From Stylophora pistillata (lineage: Eukaryota): DNA of 64,000 nucleotides. Below are positions 1 through 13,799 of the stretch, piece after piece. How positions within the stretch are numbered: position 1 is the first letter of the stretch; the number at the start of each line of letters is the position of its first letter. Location of the stretch: positions 1,110,840-1,174,839 of the forward strand of contig NW_019217807.1 of NCBI RefSeq assembly GCF_002571385.2, written 5' to 3'. The notes beneath the pieces are model-generated. The model was not told the DNA's origin. It searched no databases and saw nothing but the letters and a program-made list of their open reading frames with translations. The translations under genes and the position numbers were made by a program.

Positions 1-1240
1 ACAAATAACGAGATGATACTCTCAGGTAAACTAAATTTCGTTTCGTTTTGTTTTTGTGGCTAATTCATTTTTTTACAATTAACTGGAGTTCACCTATGAG
101 AAATATTTCTTACCTGTTATCAACTGCAGGTCGAAATTTGACATATTCATAGATTTTTTTGAACAGATTCCTTTACGGAAAATAAGGAATCAACAAAGAC
201 TTGCCTCTTTCCCAACGTGTTGTTGATAATTCATTTAATGGCGCCCAACTGGTCTCTAAGAGGCACGGATTCGTACCCTGTCTATTTATCACGCTTTTTT
301 CTGCAATGCCTGCAATTGCAGTTTGCCAGTGAGGCCTCATTTCTTTATTGTTTGTGCACTTTATTGCCTGTAAAATGATTGCAACACAAAGTGTACACCC
401 ACGATGGATGTTCATCGATAGTAAATTAATTAATTTCTGTACGGCGAATCTTACTTTATGAGTTGTGTTTAATTTCCGCTCTACTTTGCTATTCATAAGT
501 GATAATTCCTTTTAATTCGCTGACATTGTTTCAAATAAACCTAGAGCTAATTAATTCATCGAGGTGAATTTTTTTTTCATGTTGAGCATCAATCCGAATT
601 TTTAGAGTTGAAAGAATTACGTTTGTTAAAGTTTTCATTTGTAAATGTTTCTCTATTTGCAATTACTGTTGAATGAGAGTAAGTAAAGTTCTATAATGTA
701 GACATGATCAGTGCAGGCAGGGCTTGTTACCCAAGGAATGACTAAAACAACCACAACAGAAAAGATTGAGGAACAATTTACCTCCAATTACACCTCTACA
801 AAACAAACGTTTGTTGAAATTTTGATATGAAGTGTTTGAATTGGAAAGAAAAAATAAAATGATGTAGTTGTGATTAAATCAAATTATACGTGAAGGTATA
901 ATTTTTTTCTAGAGGTATGAAATGACTTAATTTCTATCTCGGACCGGAACAGACACGTAGCCTTTTTGCTAAGAACGTTTATGGCTTTGTTTAATTCATG
1001 TCACCAGGTATTTTATGGAGAACCTTTGAATACGAAATTATGCCTGAATTAGACCATCTCATCTAGAAAGAGGAAGGGAAACATTTTATGCTCCGATTCA
1101 TAAAACGTTTGAAGATCCCAAACTATAATTATTTTGGTCCTAATGATATACATGCAAACATTTCATTTCAAACATCCTCATTAGCCGAGAACACATCAGT
1201 TAATTAAACAACTTAAGAAGAAATCTTGTATGTAATTTAC

Positions 1241-1403
1241 CGGTAATCACACGATTTTTCTCGTACAATTTGAGATGAATCAGCACTCGTAAATTTTTTA
1301 AAGGTTACAAATGACGGGCTCATGCAATTTGGCTAGCCTTCGAAAAAATTTTACAAGTGCTGATTTATCCCAAATTGCACTCGAAATCAGGTGATCACCT
1401 ATA
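1241..1403. repeat. Long imperfect palindrome (hairpin interspersed repeat)
   Basis: GGTAATCACACGATTT..CAATTTG..ATCAGCACT.GTAAA / TTTAC.AGTGCTGAT..CAAATTG..AAATCAGGTGATCACC. Confidence 0.6.
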
Positions 1404-2770
1404 CATGTTGTTCATGCCCCTTTCACAAATATCTTAATCTCCACATCTCCAGGTTATTTGCCATACTTCAATGAAAATTTCTCTGGGTCCATTTATAACC
1501 CTGAGTGGACTCTATCTATCGAAATTAAAATAAAACCCAAACAAGTTTATACGATCGAAACTTTTCATCAGACTTTGAAAATTAGATGAACAAAGACGCT
1601 TCTAATTCGACGGACAATTCGTTTCATTACATTTTTTCGAGGAATGATTTTAAAACATCAGGCATTAACATTTGTAAGCGACCATCTATTTTCTCCTGTT
1701 GGAAACCAAATGAGATAAAATTTAAAATTTTAATCATCTTGGAAATTCCAAATTTTCAGTTTTAAACTTTTAAGACTTTTTGGTATTAAGTCTAATTTTT
1801 TGATTAACAAAAATGCGACCAGTTTTTTATTGCGTAGATTGAGCTACGACCCTTTCTTGGGACAGTAATTGGAACTATTACTGACCAAATTGATTGGAAG
1901 GACTCTGACTGTTTTGAGTCGTCTCACGGTCTATAATTAACACCAGTTCTGTAATAATGGGCATTTATGGAAGCGAATTCAATAACTACGTAAACCTTGG
2001 ATTACATTTAAAACTTAGAATGGAAATCAAAGAGTTCTTTCTAAATGATACAAATACAACATTCATATTTTATTTTGCTCCTCTGTTTGCTTTTAATAAA
2101 ACCTGCCTGCATCATTTTGAGAAAGCATGAAAAATTAATACCGTAATGATCAGAGGAGACTGAAGTTTCATCAAACTTACAAATTGAAATGTCAAGTTTA
2201 ATTTATATTTGTTTCCAAAATAGCTTGAAAGAAATTCAGCTGTCCATACTGGCAATTTTAATTTCGATTGTAAATTTTCACTTATTCTTCTTAAATAACA
2301 AAGTATGATTTTTACTTTTATGCGCATATCGTCTTTCCTTTAGAATCTGCTGCGAGCAGATGATAAACTTAATCCTTACAATAGTTTTTTGAACAGCAAT
2401 CTCTGCTCAGAGGAAGTTAGAACCCAGCGAGCTAAAGCTATCTCATTATTTACTTTAATTTTGTATTACAATTAACGATGCCATCTTTGATTTTCTTGTA
2501 GACGTTGTGTCTAAGGTGTTGAAGTGAACAATGAAACAACGACAGACCAACGATTAATCTCCATCGAAGCAATTTAAACTGACAAGAATCTGTGCAAGTT
2601 TTAGTTGCAACTCTTACCATACTGAGGTGTTGATTTTACCCCTTGTTTCTCAAAAGGATTACCAAGCTGAACTCAGGAAGTTTTTCGAAAAACCCTTGAA
2701 CGCGAGTTATCGAATCAAGCTGACGTAAACAATTTCCTCATTGTGGCTGTAGATCAAAGAAACGAATGTC

Positions 2771-3763
2771 ATGAGCGCCAACAGCAACTCTAGTTCGAAT
2801 CCGCCAGACAAGTTCGACACCACTCATATCGCCCTGTCGTGTACATTTGTAGTGTTGATAATTCTTTTAGCTATCGTGGGCAACACATGTGTCATCCTGG
2901 CATTTAAAAGATTCCGTCGACTTCGTCGTGTCACAAACTACTTTGTTGTTTCACTGGCTCTAACAGATATTCTGGTGGCTGTGATATCTATGCCAGTGTG
3001 GGCAGCTTACATAATATCTGGTCCATCGTTGTTTATACAAAGGCAGTTGATACAAATACTGTGGACCTCGACAGACATCATGGTCAGTGTGGCTTCAATA
3101 TGGCACTTAACTTTTGTCAGTATCGACCGTTACATATGTATAACGGGACCGCTGTATTATCATACACGTATGACCAGCAAGCGGGCTATATTGACGCTTG
3201 GGACCATATGGTGCTACTCAATCGTAGTGGCCTCTTTAGCGCCTACTTTCTGGGAGTTGGATCTCTACACCTTGATGATGGTTGTGCTGAATTATGCAGT
3301 CCCTGTCATTATAATCCTCTTTGCATACCTGAATATCTTCAGAGCTGCTCGTTATCAAGGAAAACAAATCGAGTTGACCATCAATGGAAAGGAAAGGCGT
3401 TTTTCAATTAGCGCCGAGGTAAAGGCAGCAAAGACGCTTGGAGTGGTGATTGGCGCTTTCATCATTTGTTGGTCTCCTTTTTTCGCGCTTAACTTAAACT
3501 ACTACATCTGCCATTGTCCCCCACCCCCTCTAGTTGTTTCAGTTGCCAAGTGGATGCATTTTGGAAATTCCATGCTCAATCCTCTTATCTACGGAGTAAT
3601 GAACAAGGATTTCAGAAACGCCTTCAAGAGTCTATTTACAGACCATTTTCAGAAAGCTTCTGGGTTGAAAGGCCGCAGCATGGGGACAAATGCAGATCAA
3701 AACAGCCGTGGAAGCAACGAAGAAGAAGACAAGATTCATTTGCAGAGTGACACAGGACTATAG
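2771..3763 (+). CDS. Class A (rhodopsin-like) aminergic-like GPCR, paralog 1 (330 aa, intronless CDS)
   Basis: Seven hydrophobic segments with GN (TM1), LALTD (TM2), D3.32 and SIDRY (TM3), W4.50, P5.50, KAAKTL/CWSPFF (TM6) and NPLIY (TM7). Ends in a PDZ-type T-G-L. A probable 5'UTR splice acceptor lies at 2500-2501. Confidence 0.93.
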   Translation: MSANSNSSSNPPDKFDTTHIALSCTFVVLIILLAIVGNTCVILAFKRFRRLRRVTNYFVVSLALTDILVAVISMPVWAAYIISGPSLFIQRQLIQILWTSTDIMVSVASIWHLTFVSIDRYICITGPLYYHTRMTSKRAILTLGTIWCYSIVVASLAPTFWELDLYTLMMVVLNYAVPVIIILFAYLNIFRAARYQGKQIELTINGKERRFSISAEVKAAKTLGVVIGAFIICWSPFFALNLNYYICHCPPPPLVVSVAKWMHFGNSMLNPLIYGVMNKDFRNAFKSLFTDHFQKASGLKGRSMGTNADQNSRGSNEEEDKIHLQSDTGL

Positions 3764-6579
3764 CTTGAATTACGTTGTTATTGTTTTATATCGAGTGAAA
3801 GTGTGATTTTGCATTGACCATCATCTACAAAAAAAATTCGATATTTTCCACCAATGTTGCATTCTGGGTTAAGGGCACGCTTAGAACTGTTCGAGTAAAT
3901 TTCATTACAATTGTATAAGTGTACTTTCGAAGTCTCCAATCGAAAAAAAAATGAATAACCCCTTGAAAGAACAGTTGAGTATGTCAAAAGGTGCCTTTTA
4001 TTTACTTCGAGGAACGAAAATATGTAACAATAGCATCACTTAGAGGCTCCACCCGCATCTTTCAAATAATATTTTACTAATAATAAAAAATATATTATTG
4101 TGCTCCTCATAGTAAAATATTTTCCCGTCTTAAGGGGAATCAGTCGTTCAACATGACAACCCCATCTTGTTTTATAGCAGTCGTATTTACTTTAGTATGA
4201 TCGTCAAATTACGAGGTAGAGATATTTATAATGTTCTCAGTGTTTTATCAATGACAAGTTGTGTTTGCCAATATACTTGATGCAATCCTTGACGTCTAAC
4301 AGCTCGTAGATCTTTATAGTCACTTAATAAAAGGCCGTTGTACAAGTTGTTGAGTCAAGGAATTCAACCATCGAGAAAGTTGTTAAGACATTTGTGGTGT
4401 ATTTAATACTGACATTAACAGTGTGTAAAACTCCGGGTTACAGCTCACACATGGCAGGAAAACTCAACTAACTCAATCGCACACAACCTTCTAGTCACGT
4501 GACGACTCTACTAGTCCCAGGACCCCACAACATTTCAGTAGAACTAGAACACTTCAGAGGCTCTTTTGTTTGCCCTCGTTGGTGAAAAATCAAAGGTGTC
4601 GTCAAATTTAAGCAAGGTAAAAAAACACTTGGAGCCATACCAGCCGTGGGTTAGTTTTAGGCTCTCCTCTTTGAGTTATCCAAAAATAAATCTGCTGCCA
4701 CCGACAAGACTGAGGACAAAATGAAGTTTTCTCCAAGATTTTAAACAGATAGAACAATGCCATCGATGACGTCATCTATTCAGTCCCTTTAGTTAAGAAC
4801 CAAACAAAATGCGTGCTGTATTAACATCCGTAGCAGTACTTTTATTCCTTGTGTTCATCTTAACTTGAAAAAAAAAAAACAATTCTAGTATTTTTTATTA
4901 TCGCTTAGTCAGCAAGCCAGTTAGAATTAGAACTGAATTTTGCAGGTATTCTTGCCTCTCTGAACTATATTTAGCTTTATCTCGGAAAAGCGAAAATTTA
5001 ATTTTACGCTTTGTAATGAATTTGTAATTTGTTAGTGCATCTGCAAATCAAGCTATTGGAAAGTTTTTATTGACTCCATCTGCTATGTGAGGAGAGCGCA
5101 TAGATGAGAAATATTCAATGAACATTGCATGCATGAATTGACCTTTGTCCTATTGTCTTCTTGGTTTATCTAGAGGCAAATAATATCACTTAAGCAGAAA
5201 GTGGTTCTTCCAACGTGAGTGTGTCTAGCCATTTGTTTTTCATTTGTCACTATAGGCGCTGAGTTTGCATAAATATTTCCCTTAAATATTCCGACGTTCC
5301 TCGTGGGCACTTGTGGGCAACTTGGAAGCAAAAAATGAAAAGATGAATGATAAATTATTTGGACAAAACAGCTTGAGCGAAAATAGAAATTACCACCATG
5401 AAACAGCAAAGACAAATATCAAAATCAGTTCAGTAGTTATTCAATGTCCTCTGAACTGGTTCTTCTAAGACACCATTCAAGAAGAAAAAGTAGAAAATCT
5501 GGAAAATCTTAACATGGCACCAAGCCAGACAGATGAAAGGTAAGCCTAATTTAATTAAAAATTCACATCCTCAAGTGGATATCATGATCCGTAAGTAATC
5601 CAAAATGACAGTAAATCTGTAGATTTTATAACATTGAACGTCACTGCACCCAAGAGTTGGCGACGTCAACTCGAGTAGAAAGTGTAATTCTCGCACGTAG
5701 ATGCTGTATTTTTTTCCCCGGGAAGGAAAAGACTTTGGTGTTCATACCAGCTTGGTGAGTATGCAAGACACTGTTGGAAGACATGCGTGTATCGGATAGC
5801 AAAAACTTTGAATCTAACTGAGGTTTCTTTGTCTACAACATTGCGTTCTAGGATTGTTTTTAGAGGGCACTGATTCACGGGTTTTTTAATCCTTGTTTTT
5901 TTTTAAGTAATTTATTTAATTAAACTAATTCGGGATGTCGAACTGGAGAAAAAAGATGATAACGGGTTGTTTTATCTCCATTTGTTCTCCCCACCCGTCG
6001 GGCAAAATATTCTCGTCCTTAAAGGGAGATGTAAAATTGCATGCATCTATGATTTAGCTATTCTTCATTTCAAATTTCGAAAATGGAGCGCCATTCAATA
6101 CTGTAGCAATAGGTTCTGAATCCCACTGAATCAGACTTTGTTTCAGGACTCGTGCAGGCAGGAATGTTTATTTGTTTTAATTTTCCCACATAACTCATCG
6201 ACTTTGCATTTTCATTTAGCCTTCCGATGACGTCATCATCGATTAGTTTTGCCAATTATTTCTCTTTACTACATTACTAAAGAATAAAAAAAGGCTCCAA
6301 GTGCTTCCTGATCTTGAATGACAGTTCGCACTTTCTTCGACTGAAAGGCAAACTTTGTTGAGCACCGGATTACTCTTATTTGTGAGGTTTCTCGAGATAT
6401 CTTGGTAATTTATTGTAGTATTTATGTGTTCCTTTATTCCTTTGTTTAACAACCGTCTTCATGGTCTTTTATTTCCACGAATGTTGAAAATTACTGAACT
6501 TCCAGGTGGTTTTGATTGCGGCCTTTCTCGCTCTAAGAATAGAGTGTCACATGGCCCTCTTGCTGTGTATTAAAATGAC

Positions 6580-7729
6580 TTTTTACTCGGGCTTCCGTAG
6601 GAAAGCCCGAGTCTAAAAATGCAAGCCGTTCTTGGTCGCCAAAAGGGTTCTTGGTCGCCAAAAGGGTTCTCGGTCGCCAAAAGGGGGGTCATGGTCCCAG
6701 GCGTTCCTTACTTAAACCGTGGAAACTAGGGATGAAAGTGCGACAACTTGTGTTGTCACGTGCTCGCTTTTCGTAAATAACATAATTTACAGAATGCCGT
6801 GTTTCGTGAAGACCGCTCATCTCGCATACAAACACTAAACAAATGAGCCATATGTAAAGTTCAAATTACGAAAATTCTGGCAAAACTGGAACAGCCGATG
6901 TAACAACAAACTATGATGCTGAGACGAAAACCTCACTGAAAAAATTAGAATGTTCGCGAGCACAACTTCGAAGGTGGCGCTAACAACAGCGAATTGGATT
7001 AGGATATTGACAGAAGCAACTTGAATAGCAAGGTTAAAGATTTAAGATCAGCTCTTCCGTTAAATATCCTGTTTCTGTTTTTGGTTTTTATTGGATTCAA
7101 TTCTCGTAAAGTACGATTTGGTATTTCTTACATAACCACTATTATTATTATACAAGCGATCGTGAATGTTGGTTAATTTGCTCAGTCTTCGCCTGGAGTT
7201 GTTAGTGCTTATAGAAGACATGATGATTACTATGATCTACTCGAAAAAGTTGTCAATATGACTAATGGACAGGAACATAATGATGTTACACTGTCAATAA
7301 AAGTACAACAATTCAGATCTCGGTATGCATAGTATGTAAAAAAAATAATAATCTTTATTTAGCAATAATTTCCATAAAATCCTCTACAATACAAAATATG
7401 AACAACGTAAAAAACGATCCAAAATAACTCACTTTCGGCTCACATCTACTCCTTTTTTTTTAATGTCAAAGCGTCTGGAAAACTATAAATAACGGAGTCG
7501 AATCTGAACAGATTCAAAGTCTAATAATCTGATAAGTAAAAGCATATCTAAAACTATACAGAAAAGAGAAAGGTGAATGGCAAATCTAGAACCCTTTATA
7601 CAAGGCTGCTAAAAATCATTAAACAATGTCAATGGCTCCCTAGTATGTATTTTATAATTGTACTCATGTTTTGTGCGAATGCTATAGCATTAAACGAAGC
7701 CCGAGTGAACCCTCCTCGAGCGTCTAGTT
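6580..7729. mobile_element. Non-autonomous Helentron/HINE (DINE-1-like) rolling-circle element
   Basis: Starts in a T run. 5' subterminal repeat ACTCGGGCTTC (6585-6595) forms a hairpin with 6603-6612. Three 19-bp tandem repeats at 6628-6684. 3' inverted subTIR GAAGCCCGAGT (7696-7706), ending CTAG-TT (7724-7729). Confidence 0.65.
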
Positions 7730-10249
7730 ATTATAGAAAGACTGAGAGATGTGAAAACTTATTATTTTTCTATTAGCTTTTTGGTCGTAACACGAAAAGT
7801 TGCCCAAAGATGAATACGTTACTTGAAAATTTGCATTATTCAAGTAATTTTAAATGTTTAAAAAAGTTGTTAGCAATAAAAGTAAACGAAATTCTAAACC
7901 ACATCTTCCATTGATATTTGAGGAATTTTGAATCAGTTGCATTTCTGGTATTATTTGATTTTTGTAACCTTCCAAGCTTTTAATGCTCATCCGAATTGCA
8001 TGTTGTAATTAAAAACTTGATTTTCGAAATGCAATTAGTTTGTTAAGATCTTTCTGACAGATGAGTGAACAACGAGAGAAAGATAAAACATCTTTCTTTT
8101 GAAAACTTGATGAAAAATTTCTCATTTCTTTACGACTGTTGTTGATCAGGCCAGTCTTATTAATTAGTGTTTTCCAATTTCAATGCAATATGAAAAGTCA
8201 GAACTAGATTGGATAAACTGGTACAATACCTTTGTCCAAATGAATGATCGGTTTTGTGTAAATGTTGTGTTGCCATGGTTTTTGTAGCTCATTACATGTG
8301 CTAACGGAAAATACAGGTAAAAATATTTGAATTTTCTTCTTTGAAAAATTGCAAACTGTCCATTTAACGTGACAAATTTCCTGACATACATGCTTAATTA
8401 ATATTTTTTGTTTAATTACATTCTCATAAGTTATTGTTCTTGTGGAAACTTAAAAAGTGTCAAACGAAATGAATTCAGCATATGAGTTCACATGTCAGCC
8501 GGCCTTGAACAGTTTGACGACATGGTATAAGATTTCAAAGTTATGAGACCGGTAAGTAAAAATGAACCTAAAGGTTATAAAAGCAATACAAGAGTAATCG
8601 TTGAAATGTTAAAGGCCCTATGCTAAAAATTACATGACACAATCCAATTAGCGAGTAAACGCTTTCCCTGAAATCGTTAGAACGTTTTTTCCCCTTTCGA
8701 TCGCTTTAGCATGACAAATCGAGTTTGCACAATCTGCTTGCAACATTTCCTGTTTAGTACCACTGATTTGAAACAAGTTTAGAACGTACACATAAAAGAT
8801 ATCTTACATGTCTAACTGGGCACGATACAAGTTTAGTATCTTGTACCTGCATAGATAAAATACGCCGACGAATCTTACATTTATGGAATACAATTAACTG
8901 CAAAACAATTAAAACGTTCAATTCGTCCAACTTTAATATTTTGTTCAGGTAACTTTACTTTAAACATTATTAAGTTGTCGATAATATGTAAAGCAGCTTT
9001 ATTCAGGAATTCAAGCTCAAGATCAGCAAGGTGATAAGACTAAGACGTTTTGAGGAAAATATGTGAAATAGCTGAGAACTTACTGAGTTAATTTGAAGAA
9101 GAAATGAAGAAATGAAGAAATGAAAAATAACTGTTAAAGGCGCTAATTTCATGGCAAAATCTTAAGCCACACATGTGATATTTCCGATTAAGGTACATAT
9201 TCGGTGAAATTCCAGTTAGGAATTACCTTCAAGCACGTGCCTGTGTACCAACCCGAGCATGGAAGCAGTTGTTTTTCAGGGTTCAATTCAACAGTAAACG
9301 TTCTTCTGCGGTTTTGTCGCAAATCGGAGATGGTGTCAACGGTAAATTGAATGTGGTTATTCGGTGTTGACGAATTTTCCCTAAAAAATATAGTGTCCAA
9401 CTGTTTGACTCGAACAGTTTGAGCGAAAAAGGGCGATTTATCCGAGATAGCATAAAGGCCTGGTGTAAGATAATTGTTCCAAATGAACGCTTTTTTCTTC
9501 GCGTTTGTTGAATTAATTCTACAAAATGATGCTTTGGTATCACAAAAGGAGTAAAAAATGAACGGGAAGGTTAAACGAAGAATTACAAATTTCCTCGCTG
9601 TCAGCTGTTTGAGCTCTAAGTTCCTGTTTGCATGCTTTTAAGTTGCCAAGAACTCAGTCTCCTTTTTTTTCTCTTAGCTCGTAAAAAATTCGCTTTCTAT
9701 ATGTCCCGAACATCTGCCTTATTTTGTTCTTTTTCTCTCTATTCATCGTCTTGAAATCTGTTTCTTCATTTATTCCTTTTTTTCGGTTTTTACAATGATG
9801 GATGATCTTTCGGAACATGACGATTACAGAGTAGTTATTAAACAATTTCATGTCGGCTGTAATCCCACAAACAGCATGCACAACACAATTACCGGAATAA
9901 ATTTCCGTTTAAAAATTGTCCTTGCATGTGAAGCCTAAGTAATTTGAGATTATTTTTATATGAAAGCCATTAACGATTACGGGATTTTCGGCTTTAGAAT
10001 GGATTCAAATGCTTGTCAACTCAATGAATCATATTCCCTTCAGGTAAACGCCAGCCTCCCATGTGCACAGATCACTTCGATGAATTCAAGACAAATAGGA
10101 AAAGTAAGAATAACAGCTCAGCCGATGATTGATATCAACGCATTTCAATTCAGTCGAATACGATGAAAAGGTTATAAATAGTTGTTTTTCCTGCTGTAAC
10201 TCACAGGAAACTTAAATTCGCCAAATTTAATTTAATTTTTTGTAAAAAG

Positions 10250-10515
10250 GGCGCTTTTCGAGTGAGTGTCGTAAAACCAAAACCAAGGCTTTTACGACGG
10301 CCAATCAAAAGAAAGGAAAATACTCGGAAGACCGAATGAGAATTTAAGGCAAGCAAACTGCCTCAGTAAAGCGCGGGAAAACGCGGGCGGTCAATTCGTT
10401 GTTGTAGTTAATTTGGAATTTGATTGGTTGATAAGGTGATGCGTTTTTTTGTGGACCAATCACAGAGCAAAGTAAAGCGAAACCATGGCAGTCCCGGATC
10501 TCAATTGAAAGTTGC
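10250..10515. repeat. High-copy interspersed repeat; related copies at about 53010-53390, 53850-54095 and 56050-56160
   Basis: Shared GAGTGT(C/T)GTAAAACCAAAACCAA, AAGCGCGGGAAAACG, TGATTGGTTGA and GGACCAATCACAGAGC. Confidence 0.6.
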
Positions 10516-11729
10516 TTTAATGCAGGCGTAGTCTTTTTAACATTTCTTGCTATCGAAATCAACTCCAGATTTAGATCGATCTGTTTTGCAACGATTTCAA
10601 TAGAATTGTTTGGGGAGACTTATTTGGCCAGGATGTATGAGGGGAGAAGGTTTCTCTGCATCTCATCTTGCGACGAACTTTATCTTCTAAGGCTCATTTC
10701 AAACTGAGCACGGAATCTCTCCCTTGCCTTGCCAATTCACGCCAATTTGATTCTACTGCCATGGAGAAGCAGGAAATTTGGGTAACTCTCTTTCATTTCC
10801 AACTGAGCAGGGAGCCTCTCGCGTCAATGCCAATCGCAATTTGATTCTACATCGACGGGGAAGCAAGAAATTTAACTCTCTTTCTTAATAACAAAAGCAA
10901 AACTTACCGCAGTTGAAAGCTTTCTCAAGGTTAAAAGGAATTGACAGTGATGAAAAGACTCTTGATTGCGTATAATCCTCTGCACTGAAACTGAAAGATA
11001 GTCGGTAATTTCACATCTACAGCCTGACACAACGTTACCACATTTAAAAAAAAACAATGGAATGAGATTGGAAAATTTTTAGAACATTGAATTCAAATTG
11101 CTCACACAAAAAAATACAAGCATACATTGGTGATAGCGTGCGAGACGGTTAGAGGACGAGTTAATGGCTTCGGAATGAATCTTCCGCCGGATTGTAAATA
11201 ACCGCCTACAAACAAGTGAAATGTTAATTGAGGGTTTTGTTGTAGGCATTCATGAGTCCCAGCGTTCTCGGAAGAAACTCAATTTATTGGTGACAGATGT
11301 GATGTCGTGAGAGATTAAGGCTTTTAATGCAGCCTTGAGTGTTCTGCATTAAGTGCTTTTCTTGAAATGGTCTGACTTATAACATCACTTATAGACATTA
11401 AATATACTTTGAGGTCTTCTCTTACGCATTAATGTTTCTCTGCGAGTGAAATTTGGACGTCAGTTTGGTTAACTTGTCCATCATGGTCTCAGATTAAGAC
11501 ATTACGGGCGTTTTAAGGTTTTATATTACGTAGTAATGCGTGATGCACTTTTCCAATTGATTTGACAAAGGCAGAAAGCCCTTACTACCTTACATTTTGC
11601 CTACAGCGTCTCAAACTCACCGGTCGTATCCCGCAAGACAGATCAAATTGACAAAAAAGGCCACTGAAAGAAGAAAGGAGAAGAAAACCAGGATAAAAAA
11701 AAAAGTATAGGAAAAGATAACAGCCGGAT

Positions 11730-12641
11730 ATGGCAAACGGTAACCGTTCAAATTCATCTTCAAACTCTCTGAGAGAATTTTCTGACGAATTTCGCATTGG
11801 AACTGCCACATTCACCATTGTTCTTATCTTGGCTACAGTATTTGGAAACGTTCTCGTCGTTGTCGCGTTTTCACGCTTCGCGCGGATCCGTACAGTGACA
11901 AACTACTTTGTTGTGTCATTAGCATGCACTGATCTCTGTGTGGCGTTATTCTCTATACCTGTATGGGTGGTATATCTCCTAACAGGACCCGTGTGGGTAT
12001 TTGAGGAAGACTTGTCACGTGTTTGGACCATGGTGGACATTCTAATAGGTACCGCATCCATCATGAATTTAATGGCGATCAGTTTTGATCGGGTTCTTTC
12101 CATCGTAACGACCATGCGTTATTCTGTTATCATGACTTCACGGAGAGCGATCTTTATCATATGCTGCGCTTGGATCTATTCTTCATGCATGGCCACTGCA
12201 GGCTTCTTTCTGTACGCTAAGCGCATTTTCAACCTCGTCGCTTTAATCATGTGCTTCTGCGTTCCACTGCTGGTAATAATCACTGCATACTCAATTGTGC
12301 TGAAAGTGGCGCTATATCACGTGAAACAAATACACGCAACAACGCCTGTGCAGTACCCAAGGAGTCATTATAACTTTTTAAGGGAGCTCAAAGCTGCTAA
12401 GACATTGGGAGTTGTTGTTGGCGCGTTTGTGGTATGTTGGCTGCCATTTGTTGTGATAAACATAATTTACAGTTTATGCGAGCCAAAGCACTGTCCTGTT
12501 GTCAATCCACAAGTGATATTGGTGACCAAGTGGATGCATTATGGTAATTCAATGATAAATCCCATAATATACACTGCCAAGAACAATGATTTTAGAAAAG
12601 CTTTCAAGACTTTAATTTTCGCATCAAATGCTCTCCTTTAA
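11730..12641 (+). CDS. Class A aminergic-like GPCR, paralog 2 (303 aa, intronless CDS)
   Basis: N-terminal N-glycosylation sequons, GN, LACTD, D3.32, SFDRV, KAAKTL, CWLPF and NPIIY. Clearly similar to paralog 1 (VTNYFVVSLA, KWMHxGNSM). Confidence 0.93.
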   Translation: MANGNRSNSSSNSLREFSDEFRIGTATFTIVLILATVFGNVLVVVAFSRFARIRTVTNYFVVSLACTDLCVALFSIPVWVVYLLTGPVWVFEEDLSRVWTMVDILIGTASIMNLMAISFDRVLSIVTTMRYSVIMTSRRAIFIICCAWIYSSCMATAGFFLYAKRIFNLVALIMCFCVPLLVIITAYSIVLKVALYHVKQIHATTPVQYPRSHYNFLRELKAAKTLGVVVGAFVVCWLPFVVINIIYSLCEPKHCPVVNPQVILVTKWMHYGNSMINPIIYTAKNNDFRKAFKTLIFASNALL

Positions 12642-13799
12642 GGTGAAGTACCGTAGTCACTAGCAAAAATCCAACAAACAAAAACGAAGGAGAAAAATAG
12701 TGACTCACAGAAAGCAATTGTCTTTTAAAGCTCTATCAGCTTTCGTTTACTTGTGTTCTCCACCTCATATCAGAACTGCCCCTAAATCATAGATGTTAAA
12801 AAAAATAGAAAAAAAAAACGTCGAATGGTTACGATGATTATGGAAAATTCATAGCAGTTTTAAAATGCGCAGCACTTCCATCAGTGGAAATTTAGTTCGC
12901 GCATGTTAGATTGAATTTGAAATTTGGAACCGCTAAAAATTGAAGGTAAGATGGCTCAACAAGTGTATGTATGCGCCTTGCCTGAGGAAATAGCAAATTT
13001 ACGCGCAGACATTGTCTTCTGCAGACATTGTCTCTGGTTGATGTTCAGTCTGAATGAATTGCATGTGCAGAATAGTAATTGAAAGTGGCGGCTTAAAGGT
13101 GTCTTTTTTTAAAGTGATACAGACAAGATTTCGTATAGTCTCCTTCGCACGCAGCCGCTTTTTGGAATGTCACGCAACCTCCCACTGCAACATTTCTTTC
13201 GGGGAAGCGTTGCGTGACATCTAAAAAAAAACTTATGCGTAGGAGATAGTTTTCGAATTGATTCGAATTTTTCTCTGCATAAACTGACAAATCTGGCTTT
13301 AACTCTCCCGTTTACTGTTGATTTCTGCACCACGACGTTTTAATCCGAATTGTTTTGAGCGGTGTGATCTGCGATTTCACTTCAGCACCGAAATGACAAA
13401 TAAGTCGTCCATTTCCTCTCTAACCCTCTTTGAAATAATTCCCCTGAACCACGTGGGTATTATGTATGAGCCTCTAATGCGATTTATTTTCTCAAGTGCT
13501 ATAGTAAATGAATAAAGTTGTTACAGTACTCCCCTTGGAACCAAAACTGCAGCCTTCCAGAATTTCTGCTCAAAATCGAATGCTCAGTTCAAAATTCAAA
13601 ATGGAGTCGCATAGCGGCCGATCTCAACACAATTATGAAAAGCGTCTTCAATGGAGTTAAAAACAATTCGGATTAAAACACTAACCTCTGTAAGATTTTC
13701 AGTAATGTTTCAAGTATTCTCTTGTGGTTGTTGCTTTGCTGGAAAAAATTCGGGCCTTTTCCAATTTGCAACCTAAGTTTTCAATGAAAACTTCTTAAC

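Noticed and set aside
173-496. 107-aa ORF and the many other 60-110-aa ORFs in the track, including those overlapping or antisense to real genes
   Set aside because: No recognisable motifs or splice context. They are expected by chance or are shadows of real CDSs and repeats.
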